The notes below the pieces were generated by a model. The model was not told the DNA's origin and searched no databases. It saw only the letters and a list, made by a program, of their open reading frames with translations. Positions 28,065-42,591 of a DNA stretch of 64,000 nucleotides are shown one piece after another. The position numbers and the translations under genes were made by a program. Positions within the stretch are counted from its first letter, which is position 1; the number at the start of each line of letters is the position of its first letter. The stretch lies in the NCBI RefSeq assembly GCF_009914755.1, contig NC_060934.1; one strand, 5' to 3'. This stretch comes from the human T2T-CHM13v2.0 reference genome, Homo sapiens.

Positions 28065-28270
28065 AATGTGAGTCAAAAGACCTAAATTGAGGGCCAACAA
28101 GCATTTGCTCTGTCACTTCACTTTTCTGTGCCTCAGTTTTCTTTTCTGGAAAATGGAGGTCATGAAAATACTCATACCTGCCCTCCTCATTTCACAGGTT
28201 GTGGAGCAAATGCAATGAGTGTGGCTCAATCATTGCCAGATCTTAACGTTGTACATAAATGTTAGTGACT
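28065..28270 (+). mobile_element. MIR fragment
   Basis: 'gtcacttcacttttctgtgcctcagttttcttttctggaaaatggagg...cacaggttgtggagcaaatg'. Confidence 0.75.
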
Positions 28271-29367
28271 GAGGACAATTATTTAACCCCTATGAGCTTT
28301 CATATATCCACCCGTCAAATAAAGCTTGGATACTGGCCTGCCTATCCCCAAAATGATCTTATAAAAATCAAGTAAGGTGATACCAGTGTGTGCTTTGAAG
28401 TAGTAGGTGCTATCAAGTATTAGACTGTCAAATATATTCAAACAACTGTGTGTGGGAAAAGATTGTGGTGGACTAGAAATAGCCAAACTTTAGAAGTATT
28501 CTATAGTCTTTGGGAATAAAGCTGGGATGTATGAAAAACCTTCTTATGATATTAAAATGTTCACCTTTGAGGAAGAAAGTAGACTAGCAGAAAGTTTCAC
28601 TATCAAAATTCTAGAACATTAACTACTGATACTATTACAAGTTGTTAGGAAACAGTAAATTAAACTTTGTAATGCTCTCCCAAAGGAAGTAGAAATACAC
28701 CATCATTACTTATAGTTTAAATTGGACTGGGAACAGTGGGCCAGCATGTATTATGGAGAAGCAATGCTTCAGTAGTAGCAAAGTGAACCAAATGACACTG
28801 CAGATCTTATCCATATTTAATGTTTGACAGGCAAAAATACTTACATTAATGCAGTAATGTGCTATGCAAGTCATCAACATGGGAATGCTCAAAGCTTTAA
28901 TACTGTTTAATAAGCATCACACTATGAGAGCATATTTTCCCTTTCAAGTACGACTCATTCAAGTTTGAGGGAACTGCTAAATTGTCACACTTGGCAAAAT
29001 CTTGAATGACAGCCAATCTAAACAAAAGCAATCATTTTGTATTTTGGGCTGGTTTGAAGAAAGATGGGAAGTGTGAGGTAGGCAGGGGGATGTAGGATAC
29101 CCCAAAAGGCCACAATAATCAGACAAAACCCCCAGCAAAATTGCAAAGGTAGGATAGACAAGAAAAGGCATCAATGCTTTGCGATTGAACCTACACAATG
29201 ACCTGATGTATACAAAAAAGATGGGATTTTGGTCAATGGTAAAGTTTATTTCAGGGGCTGGAGGTGTGAGACATGGCTCCTAAAAGTAGGTGTGTCAATG
29301 ACTAATTATCTAATTTACAATAAGTTGACCTCTCTGTAATTCTGTCCCACTTTTTCAATTTCTAAAC

Positions 29368-29582
29368 CAGCAGTTCTCAGTTGGGGAGGGGAAGGAGGAT
29401 AAATTTTGTCAGGGATATTGGGGTTATCTGGCTTGTCACCACAGGGGAAGTGTGGTGCTACTGGCATCTAGAAAGTGGAGTCCAAGGATACTGCTACATA
29501 TCCTATAATGCACAGGGTAGCCCTCCACAATAGAGAATTATCTAGCTGAGATTCAATAATACCAAGCTTGAGAATACACGTG
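29368..29582. mobile_element. MER20 hAT MITE
   Basis: 'cagcagttctca...gtgctactggcatctag...aaggatactgctacatatcctataatgcacagg...agaattatctagc'. Confidence 0.85.
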
Positions 29583-30381
29583 CTAAACTAAAATCATCTG
29601 AGAAGTATATTATGGGGTAAAATGGGACCTAATCATTCTTAGCATAAAAGCAATTTTCTAAAAATCAGTATTTTATTAATATTACTGTTATTGCTTAAGC
29701 TTCTTTTCTACTGAGTTTCCTTTTAATTATAAAGCACTTGGCAGAAAAATAAGATTCATTTCTATAATAGGCTTAGTGCTTTCTTTTTCAGCAGTCTTTT
29801 TCTTCAATTAATTAACATTTAACTGCTTTCTTATAATGAAGGCCAAAAAAACAAGCTGTCTCCTTAAACTTCTCAGGAGAAGTGATAAAACTCTGTGAGT
29901 ATATTAAATTTTTCTGATAAAGTATTTGTAGGACATAGATTTAGGAGGTCTTTCTCTCTTAGGAATGTTACTTATAAACATTTCTTGGAAGTCCAAGATA
30001 AAATTAAAAACACGTGCATGATTCTAGAGGCTACATATGCTATTGATGCTGAAAATAGAATGTTGGCACCGGAGAAGTCCTTACTATATATGTGGATGAA
30101 GATGAACTCCTATTTATTAGTAATTATGTAGGAATAAACGTGATGATTCTAAAAAAATTATCTTATTGTCTTTGTTGGCATTTATTTTAAAAATAAGTGA
30201 AAAAAAACTATAACCAATATGCAATTCATAGATCTTCTATCATGGCTAATAGTTCAAATTTTGCAAGCTATTGGTTTGAATTATTGCATTTGCTACATAT
30301 AAAAATGGAAGGTTTCTAAAAGAAAATGAATAATAGAAAATATTCAGATGAAAACCAAAGCAAGCTATAAGGCATTCTTAG

Positions 30382-30913
<532 letters not shown>

Positions 30914-31279
30914 AAGAACCATATTTTTTTTAAAAAGTTTGCCACTGTAAACAAGATATTTAAAATGACCATGAACAATTTTTATGTATCTGTAGGCTTC
31001 TCTCTTTACCAGAATTAAAGTGTGGGGTCCTGGAAGAAGCAGAGGGCTAGAAGCCACGACACTTAGGTTTGTCTCCTCATCTTGGCACTTTCTGAGATGT
31101 TAAATTATTCAACTTCACTGATTCTTCATTTTCTTGATAATAAATAGAGGGGATTAGATATAGAGATGCACAAAATCCCTCCCAACTCTAAATTTTCATA
31201 GTTTTATAAGACTTTGAGTTTAAAATCATTTGATCTACTTATATAACACTCATAATTTTTGTATCTTTATTTCCATATG

Positions 31280-32170
31280 CACAGTTTATGTTATGACAAG
31301 AACCAACTCAAACTAGCTTACGCCAATACAGGAATTGATTGGCTTGTCTTCCACACAAATTCAGTCAGCATGCGGATCCTGCTCCAGGGACTCAAATGGC
31401 ATCCTCAGTATTTGTTTTTTCTATATATCTCAGCTCTGCCTCATGCTATGTTTATTTAATTCTTGAGGTATATGTAGTAATTCCCTATTGCTCCAAGAAT
31501 ACTCTTCAGCAGCCTGGGCAACATGGCGAAACCCCATCTCTACAAAAAATATGAAAACTAGCTGAGCATAATGACACACCTGTCAGCCCAGCTCCTTGGG
31601 AGGCTGAGGTAGGAGGATCAATTGAGTCTTGCAGGTTGAGGCTGCAGTGAGCTGTGATTGCACTACTGCACCTCTGCCTGGGTGACAGAGTGAGACCCTG
31701 TCTCAAAAAATATATATTTTTTCCCATTTTCAAATTTCAGCAATAAATAAATAAGAAGCTGTTTTTCTTTTCTTCTCTCTACTGTCCTAGCAAAAGTCTG
31801 CTTCTTTCTAGTTTGCTTTGATCAGGCTATAGGCCTCTCTTTGAACCAGTGATTGCAGACATAGAAATAGGATACACAGATTTAAGTGGCATGAATGACA
31901 TGTCTTCTCCTGGGACCAGAGATGAGGTAAATGGAAAGAATGTTCTTGAAGCAACAGGAAAATACAATAAATATTTTGAGTATTAAACCAATATAGTAAA
32001 AAGCAGAGCTGAGAGAGAGAAACCAAATAAGGACAATACCATTTGAATCCCTGAAAAAATACCTGTATGAAGACTGAAATTTCATGAAGAACAAACCAAT
32101 AAATCTCTGTGATTTGCTTTAGTTTGAGTTGTTGTTGTTTTTTGTTTTTTTGTCACAACATAATTAGTAC
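31280..32170. mobile_element. Old MLT1 LTR fragments flanking an AluJ
   Basis: 'gaaccaactcaaactagctta...ccagggactcaaatg' and 'gcagagctgagagagagaaacc...ccaataaatc...gtttgagttg'. Confidence 0.5.
31508..31710 (+). mobile_element. 5'-truncated AluJ
   Basis: From 'cagcctgggcaacatggcgaaacc' to 'gagaccctgtctcaaaaaa'. Confidence 0.9.
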
Positions 32171-32942
32171 CAACTGAATTAAAGATAATTTTTTAAATTA
32201 CAGAGTATTATATCCTATATTAAAATCAATAAAAAATTTTAAGCTCAAAGAACTTGATGATATCTTTGATACAAATGACATACTTTATACTTAATAGGTT
32301 CCCAATAAATATGTATTGTTTGGTACAATGTAATGAATATAGAATTAAAAGAAATATGTATGTACCAAATGAGTATGTACCAACTAAGAAGAAGGGAAAA
32401 AGGGTACATTCATTTCCTATCTATATAATAATATGGCAAAAAGAATGGAAAAATATATACATAAATGATGCAAGAAGGAGGCAAAAAAGGTGATAAATTT
32501 CAAAGTGGAAACACTCAAGATATATATGTTGTCCTTCACCAAGAAAATTACAAAAGACCTTGATATTGAAGGCTTCTTCTTTGTCTTCTTGATGCCTCCC
32601 ATTTCTTCTCAGCGAATTTCATTGGTACATACCCATCCTAATATGATAAGAGCATTTTAAGAAATACCTGTAAATAATATTTTCCCCTATTCTGTTAGAA
32701 TATAAGCTCCATAACTTTAGAAATCTTTGTTTTGTTTACTAATATATACCTTATACTACTAAGTAAATCCCTAGAATAAATAAACAAGACATAGTAAAAT
32801 AATTGTAGGATGAATTACAAACAGGTGATAAAATGAAGAAGCCTGAGGAGAGGGCCAAGCAGGATATGAACTGTTCTGAATTCTTTCTTCTACCTTTTTT
32901 TCTCACCTTAAAAACTCTGGTCCTTATCACCTGTATTGATTC

Positions 32943-32975
<33 letters not shown>

Positions 32976-32995
32976 TACACACACACACACACATA
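32943..32995 (+). repeat. (TA)n(CA)n compound microsatellite
   Basis: Read directly. Confidence 0.93.
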
Positions 32996-33464
32996 CCACT
33001 TAAGTCAGATTTCAGGATTCAGAACATATGGAAGATGGTGATTATCTTCTAGACTCTATATTCTAATGAAAGATAATATTTTCTTTTGGGAGGCATTTCA
33101 TATATTCCATAATTTATTGAGGAAAAAAATGATATTGAGGTCAATTATACTATAGAGTTTGTAGGATAACTTACTTAATTGTGTTGAAGATTTTAGATTT
33201 GCTGAGCTTGGAAGAAGAAAGGAAGAGAGATTGTGTCAAACACCAAATGAGAAGCTGTTTTGAGGGTAAAAGATCCTAGAAATAAAAAATATATGGTAGA
33301 ATTAAAGTAAAAATATATAAAATCTAAAAGAAGATTCCTACCCTTGCATTTTGACTTCTTCCCTGGTAGACAAGGCTAGAAGGAAACAGGATTTACATGG
33401 CAGGAGAGTATAAAAGATGACTCAAGTATTTCCGTGAAGAAAATAAAAAGATCATGTCCACTGT

Positions 33465-34365
<901 letters not shown>

Positions 34366-35477
34366 CCATTAATCATCCAAAATTAGGAGAACTTGGGGCA
34401 AGCCTGAGACACTTAGGGCAGAGGGGGAATGAAGGTTAGAGCTGCTTCTGAAATAGGCAGAGTAAGCAGTGGTATAAAAATTTTTTTTGAAACATACTGA
34501 ATTGAAGCAGAACTGAGTATCAAGACTTTCAACAAATGGCCTAGGTCCTTTTAATGAGTTTGTTGGCCTGGACAGTTGTCCCATAAAGCTCTCTCCAAAA
34601 TTAGGTAATCAAAGAAAACTATTAATTCCTGAGAAATTGCCTTGTATTGCCTTTATTTCAAATATTTTACCATGTCATAATCATATTTATGCAAATGTGG
34701 CTTAAACAAACTTTTGGAACAATCCCAATTATTTGTTAAGAGTCACTTGCTATTAACATGAACAAAAGAAAATTTAAAGAGGTGATATTAATTATATCAT
34801 ATTAAAATATTATGGTCAGTTTTCTAGTAGCCCAAGAGTCCTTGGAGACATTTAAATAGACAATTTTGATATCTCAAAGCTCTTTGACATATTAATAATA
34901 TTGAATGTTGCCTCACTCCTTAATGAGGAGTCCAATAATCTTCTAAATCATAAATAACAAGTGGATTCAATAAAATAACAAGACAGTAACTGCTGATATT
35001 GAAAAGTAATGAGAAGACCAATAAAGGAGAATGCAGTAAGACTACAAGGGAGAGAGGGGGAAAATGAGAAGAAAATAACTCAGTGCAGCTGGGATTTCAC
35101 AGTATTCCTAATACTTGTGATCTAGTCCCACAAACAAGATAGAAAAGACACAGAGAAGGCAAAATGCTACAGATCTGCTTTCTCCACACTTGTTTTAATA
35201 TTTTGGGAAATTTCTGAAAATAGAACAAAGAGGATAGCAATGAAACTGCAGAGAACAAAAGGACAAAGCTGATGAGTATTAGGCCCAGAGAAATTTGGAA
35301 AAGGGAAATTAGACACAGGAGTCTTAAAGCTTAATAAAGTATCCCTCAAAAATAAAGAATAAGAGGTGTGTAACTGGGAGTATGCATGTATATGTGTGTA
35401 TTTGGGTATATGTTGAATGAAGGTTCATCAATGGTGGCTCTAGAAATAGATCATGGGAAGGACTTGGGTGCAGACTG

Positions 35478-35559
35478 AATTCTAATATAATTTTATTTAC
35501 AGATACTTAAATTTGAATTTTACATTATTTTTATATGTCACGTCTTTTAATTTTTTTCT
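35478..35559 (-). mobile_element. MER58B-like MITE, left part (host of the L1 insertion)
   Basis: 'ttttatttacagatacttaaatttgaattttacattatttttatatgtcacg'; continues at 39856. Confidence 0.7.
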
Positions 35560-35776
35560 TTTTTTATTATTATTATACTTTAAGTTTTAGGGTAAATGTG
35601 CACAATATGCAGGTTAGTTACATATGTATACATGTGCCATGCTGGTGTGCTGCACCCATTAACTCGTCATTTAGCATTAGGTATATCTCCTAATGCTATC
35701 CCTCCCCCGTCCCCCCACCCCACAACAGTCCCCAGAGTGTGATGTTCCCCTTCCTGTGTCCACGTGTTCTCATCGT

Positions 35777-36370
35777 TCAATTCCCACCTATGAGTGAGAA
35801 TATGCGGTGTTTGGTTTTTTGTTCTTGCGATAGTTTACTGAGAATGATTCCCAATTTCATCCATGTCCCTACAAAGGACATGAACTCATCATTTTTTATG
35901 GCTGCATAGTATTCCATGGTGTATATGTGCCACATTTTCTTAATCCAGTCTATCGTTGTTGGACATTTGGGTTGGTTCCAAGTCTTTGCTATTGTGAGTA
36001 GTGCCGCAATAAACATACATGTGCATGTGTCTTTATAGCAGCATGATTTATAGTCCTTTGGGTATGTACCCAGTAATGGGATGGCTGGGTCAAATGGTAT
36101 TTCTAGTTCCAGATCCCTGAGGAATTGCCACACTGACTTCCACAATGGTTGAACTAGTTTGCAGTCCCACCAACAGCGTAAAAGTGTTCCTATTTCTCCA
36201 CATCCTCTCCAGCCAAGATGGCCGAATAGGAACAGCTCCGGTCTACAGCTCCCAGAGTGATCGATGCAGAAGACGGGTGATTTCTGCATTTCCATCTGAG
36301 GTACCAGGTTCATCTCACTAGGGAGTGCCAGACAGTGGACGCAGGACAGTGGGTGCAGTGCACCGTGCAT
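35777..36370 (-). CDS. Open chimeric ORF: antisense L1 5'UTR peptide fused in frame to L1 ORF2p C-terminal 144 aa (197 aa from ATG; expression unproven)
   Basis: ORF track 35777..36400 (GTG start); first ATG at 36370; ...LFLFGHLG|WRGCGEIGTLL...RIFSLIGGN* ends at the native ORF2 stop. Confidence 0.25.
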   Translation of the reverse strand: MHGALHPLSCVHCLALPSEMNLVPQMEMQKSPVFCIDHSGSCRPELFLFGHLGWRGCGEIGTLLRCWWDCKLVQPLWKSVWQFLRDLELEIPFDPAIPLLGTYPKDYKSCCYKDTCTCMFIAALLTIAKTWNQPKCPTTIDWIKKMWHIYTMEYYAAIKNDEFMSFVGTWMKLGIILSKLSQEQKTKHRIFSLIGGN

Positions 36371-37238
36371 GAGCTGAAGCAGGGCAAGGCATTGCCTCAC
36401 TCAGGAAGCGCAAGGGGTCAGGGAGTTCCCTTTCCTAGTCAAAGAAAGGGGTGACAGACGGCACCTGGAAAATCGGGTCACTCCCACCCTAATACTGCGC
36501 TTTTCTGATGGGCTTAAAAAACGGCGCACCAGGAGATTATATCCCACACATGGCTTGCAGGGTCCTACGCCCATGGAGTCTCACTCATTGCTGGCACAGC
36601 AGACTGAGATCAAACTGCGAGGCAGCAGCGAGGCTGGGGGAGGGGCACCCACCATTGCCCAGGCTTGCTTAGGTAAACAAAGCATCCGGGAAGCTCGAAC
36701 TAGGTGGAGCCCACCACAGCTCAAGGAGGCCTGCCTGCCTCTGTAGGCTCCACCTCTGGGGGCAGGGCACAGACAAACAAAGAGACAGCAGTAACCTCTG
36801 CAGACTTAAATGTCCCTCTCTGACAGCTCTGAAGAGAGCAGTGGTTATCCCAGCACGCAGCTGGAGATCTGAGAATGGGCAGACTGCCTCCTCAAGTGGG
36901 TCCCTGACCCCTGACCCCTGAGAAGCCTAAGAGGGAGGCATCCCCCAGTAGAGGCAGACTGACACCTCACACGGCTGGGTACTCCTCTGAGACAAAACTT
37001 CCAGAGGAACGATCAGACAGCAGCATTCGCGGTTCACAAAAATCCGCTGTTCTGCAGCCACCGCTGCTGATACCCAGGCAAACAGGGTCTGGAGTGGACC
37101 TCTAGCAAACTCCAACAGACCTGCAGCTGAGGGTCCTGTCTGTTAGAAGGAAAACTAACAAACAGAAAGGACATCCACACCAAAAACCCATCTGTACATC
37201 GCCATCATCAAAGACCAAAAGTAGATAAAACCACAAAG
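36211..37238 (+). promoter_or_regulatory. L1 5'UTR: internal sense promoter (YY1 site caagatggcc 36214-36223) and antisense promoter firing leftwards
   Basis: Near-complete ~1.03 kb 5'UTR; locally CpG-enriched; promoter roles are established for L1PA 5'UTRs. Confidence 0.8.
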
Positions 37239-38255
37239 ACAGGGAAAAATAAAAGGAAGAAAAACTGGAAACTCTAAAAAGCAGAGCGCCTCTCCTCCTC
37301 CAAAGGAATGCAGTTCCTCACCAGCAATGGAACAAAGCTGGACAGAGAATGACTTTGACGAGTTGAGAGAAGAAGGCTTCAGATGATCAAACTACTCCGA
37401 GCTACAGGAGGAAATTCAAACCAAAGGCAAAGAAGTTGAAAACTTTGAAAAAAATTTAGATGAATGTATAACCACAAGAACCAATAAAGAGAAGTGCTTA
37501 AAGGAGCTGATGGAGCTGAAAGCCAAGGCTTGAGAACTACGTGAAGAATGCAGAAGCCTCAGAGCCGATGTGATCAACTGGAAGAAAGGGTATCAGCAAT
37601 GGAAGATGAAATGAATGAAATGAAGCAAGAAGGGAAGTTTAGAGAAAAAAGAACAAAAAGAAACGAACAAAGCCTCCAAGAAATATGGGACTATGTGAAA
37701 AGACCAAATCTACATCTGATTGGTGTACCTGAAAGTGACGGGGAGAATGGAACCAAGTTGGAAAACACTCTGCAGGATATTATCCAGAAGAACTTCCCCA
37801 ATCTAGCAAGGCAGGCCAACATTCAGATTCAGGAAATACAGAGGACACCACAAAGACACTCCTCGAGAAGAGCAACTCCAAGACACATAATTGTCAGATT
37901 CACCAAAGTTGAAATGAAGGAAAAAATGTTAAGGGCAGCCAGAGAGAAAGGTCGGGTTACCCACAAAGAGAAGACCATCAGACTAACAGCAGATCTCTTG
38001 GCAGAAACTCTACAAGCCAGAAGAGAGTGGGGGCCAATATTCAACATTCTTAAAGAAAAGGATTTTCAACCCAGAATTTCATATCCAGCCAAACTAAGCT
38101 TCATAAGTGAAGGAGAAATAAAATACTTTACAGACAAGCAAATGCTGAGAGATTTTGTCACCACCAGGCCTGCCCTAAAAGAGCTCCTGAAGGAAGCACT
38201 AAACGTGGAAAGCAACAACCGGTACCAGCCACTGCAAAAGCATGCCAAATTTTAA
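37239..38255 (+). pseudogene. L1 ORF1p, disrupted
   Basis: Start codon reads ACA; stops and a frameshift in the N-terminal part; intact C-terminal run QEIWDYVKRPNL...YPAKLSF. Confidence 0.93.
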
Positions 38256-38318
38256 ACACCATCGAGGCTAGGAAGAAACTGCATCAACTAACGAGCAAAA
38301 TAACCAGCTAACATCACA

Positions 38319-39843
<1,525 letters not shown>

Positions 39844-39855
39844 TAATTTTTTTCT

Positions 39856-39945
39856 AACTTTTAAAAATATGTAAAAATAATTCATAGATTGCAGGATATA
39901 CGAAAACAGGTAGATTAGGTGCTCGCAGGCCATAATTTGCCTCTG
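39856..39945 (-). mobile_element. MER58B-like MITE, right part
   Basis: 'ttaaaaatatgtaaaaataattc...aaaacagg...gcaggccataatttgcc'. Confidence 0.7.
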
Positions 39946-40524
39946 CCATCAAACAATAGCATACCATAATCTACATCTGTGAATTCCAAGGGATCACAAA
40001 CAGAAAAGCACAATGGCAGCTGAGAACAATAGTGGAAGAATACATTTTTATTACTGTTATTACTTATTCCACTTATACAAATGGAAAATGCCATTTTTAA
40101 ATTTGGTATTTCCTCTTGTGCCTCCTCAGAAATTATACTAAATTTCTTTCAGAATTCATTTATTATTAATGTGCCCAGATTGTTTCAGTATAAGATTTCT
40201 TCATTAAGGTGATTTCATTTTGAACAGAGGCAAAGAAATACATTTGGCTATTTACTAACTATAAAATATACAACTGCTGAAAGCTCGATGGCACCTAAAG
40301 GAATTGACCACTTTGTTATCCCAAAATGTTCTGACACTTCAATGTCATTGAAATAATGCCAGAGATATTTCAAGGGATTTCTTTTCCTTTTCAAAGATGC
40401 ACATTAAATAGATTGCTATGTAAAGCTGATACATCATTTAGTCCTCCCCAAAAGGGAAATGCAGGTACAGGCATGTTTGCCTCCTGACTCCCAGACACCA
40501 TGGCTGGGAAATAAAACAAGCAAG

Positions 40525-40765
40525 GCTGGGAATCTTTGGAGTCAGGCAAATCTGGGCTCTGCTCAATAGGAAGTATTTGTTTCTTTGGGCAACATGGAGC
40601 CTTAGTTTTCTCTCCACTGAAACTTGGACCTTAGCTCCCTCACTTCTAAAATGGAAATAGAAATTTCTACTTCCCAGGGAAAATGAGAGGTTTAAACTTA
40701 AATGAAATGAGAAAGTATATGTAATATTCACATTGCTAGCACAATGTGTAGAATCTATTATTATC
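40525..40765 (+). mobile_element. MIR SINE
   Basis: 'ctttggagtcaggcaaatctgggctc...ctaaaatggaaatagaaatttctacttcccaggg...aaatgagaaagtatatgtaa'. Confidence 0.7.
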
Positions 40766-41865
40766 CTCGAATACCCTCTGTGATACACATAGAAATAGAC
40801 ACAGCTTCTCCCAGCAGCCTAGTAGTTGGTTGAAAATTGTTCTATATTCACAATAAAAGTCATTCCCAGAAGTTGTTGCAAGGAAAGAAGTGATCCTGTT
40901 ACAGGTTTGTTGAGACAGGAAGATACAAGAAGACAAAAATAAAAATATTTCTTTAATATTGTTATTGGGCCATCTGACCTTAGAAGCTAGATTCCTGCTT
41001 AAAAATTCATGACTAATTTTTAGCATGAAACAGCAGAAGTTTCCAATTCTCAAGAGACCCACTGCATTGAAAATCCTGGGGTCTTTTTGTATGGTCCAAA
41101 ACTAATGGAGACAACTTAGCCCATCTAAAAATTGGGTGAAAGAGACGTAAGGGGGGGGGGCAATAAAAATGTATTTTTCTAACTAGTTTTCAGGTATCCA
41201 TATTCCAAAATAGAACAGCATCTTTGCCAGAAGTTCAAGTCATTAAGGAGTTGGTATGGCATTCTCACTTACATAAAGTATGGGCACCTCTGAACAATGA
41301 CCTGAGGATTACTAACAGGTATGCAACATATTTGAAATGTCAGGTACAGCAAAGCAAATGACTTTATCAAAATATAAATCACACTTTTAGCAGAAAAACC
41401 AATAGTTATATGAATTTAACTTCATCTTTAAGTGCAAAGAGTAATATTTTGTGAATTTTCTAACCGTTTTTTAGATGTCATCAGTGTTTCAGAAACTGGT
41501 TTCTTTCATTTTAAAATAAAGAGATGCTATTTACTTCATCATTTTCCAGCCTTCCTGATAGGCGTATACTCACATGAGGAGATACAAAACTGAAAACATT
41601 ATCTCATTATAGACTATCCACGATTTAAACCTTCAAGCTGGCAATATGTATTTAAATAATATGTCATAAACACCTCTTGGTACATAATAATGTAGTAAAT
41701 ATGAGAATGCCTTTAAAGTGAACTAACTTATTCTCCCAACTGTTAGATTATTCCCTGCTATGATCCCATCACCAAGTGAAATTTTAGGCATATTCCTCTA
41801 GGCAAAGTAAATAGTTATGAGGAAAAAAATATTGCTAATTCCAGTTGAAATAAGAAAGCCTCTTA

Positions 41866-42190
<325 letters not shown>

Positions 42191-42534
42191 ATGTTCTCTA
42201 TGGGCCAGATTTCTCTCTGCTTAGGTCAATTAAACTACAAATTTCTCAGTAATTTTTGAACGCTCTATCTCCCAAGATGCCTAGGTGGAATTGTTAGGAA
42301 GCAACTGCCCATCCACAAAATATACCTGGAGAATCTCAGATTTCATTCACTGCTTTTAAAAAAGGAAACAAGAAAATCTTCCTCTTAGAAGAAATTTAAT
42401 CTTTTACCACTTTTATTACTTTTATTATAGAAATATATATGTATATATACATATGTGTATTTATGTGTGTATATATATCAGATATATCTATATATATATA
42501 GATATATAGATATCTATCAGAAAGCAAAACTTAC

Positions 42535-42591
42535 CTTCCTTAGACAAATGGAGATTTGGGGAAATTGTATTGGAGTCTAGAAGAATAAATC
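42535..42591 (-). other. Candidate 57-nt internal exon of an unidentified minus-strand transcript
   Basis: Minus strand reads gtgtttgcttttcctag|GATTTATTC...CTAAGGAAG|gtaagt; consensus donor, good acceptor; one open frame (G)FILLDSNTISPNLHLSKE. Confidence 0.45.
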
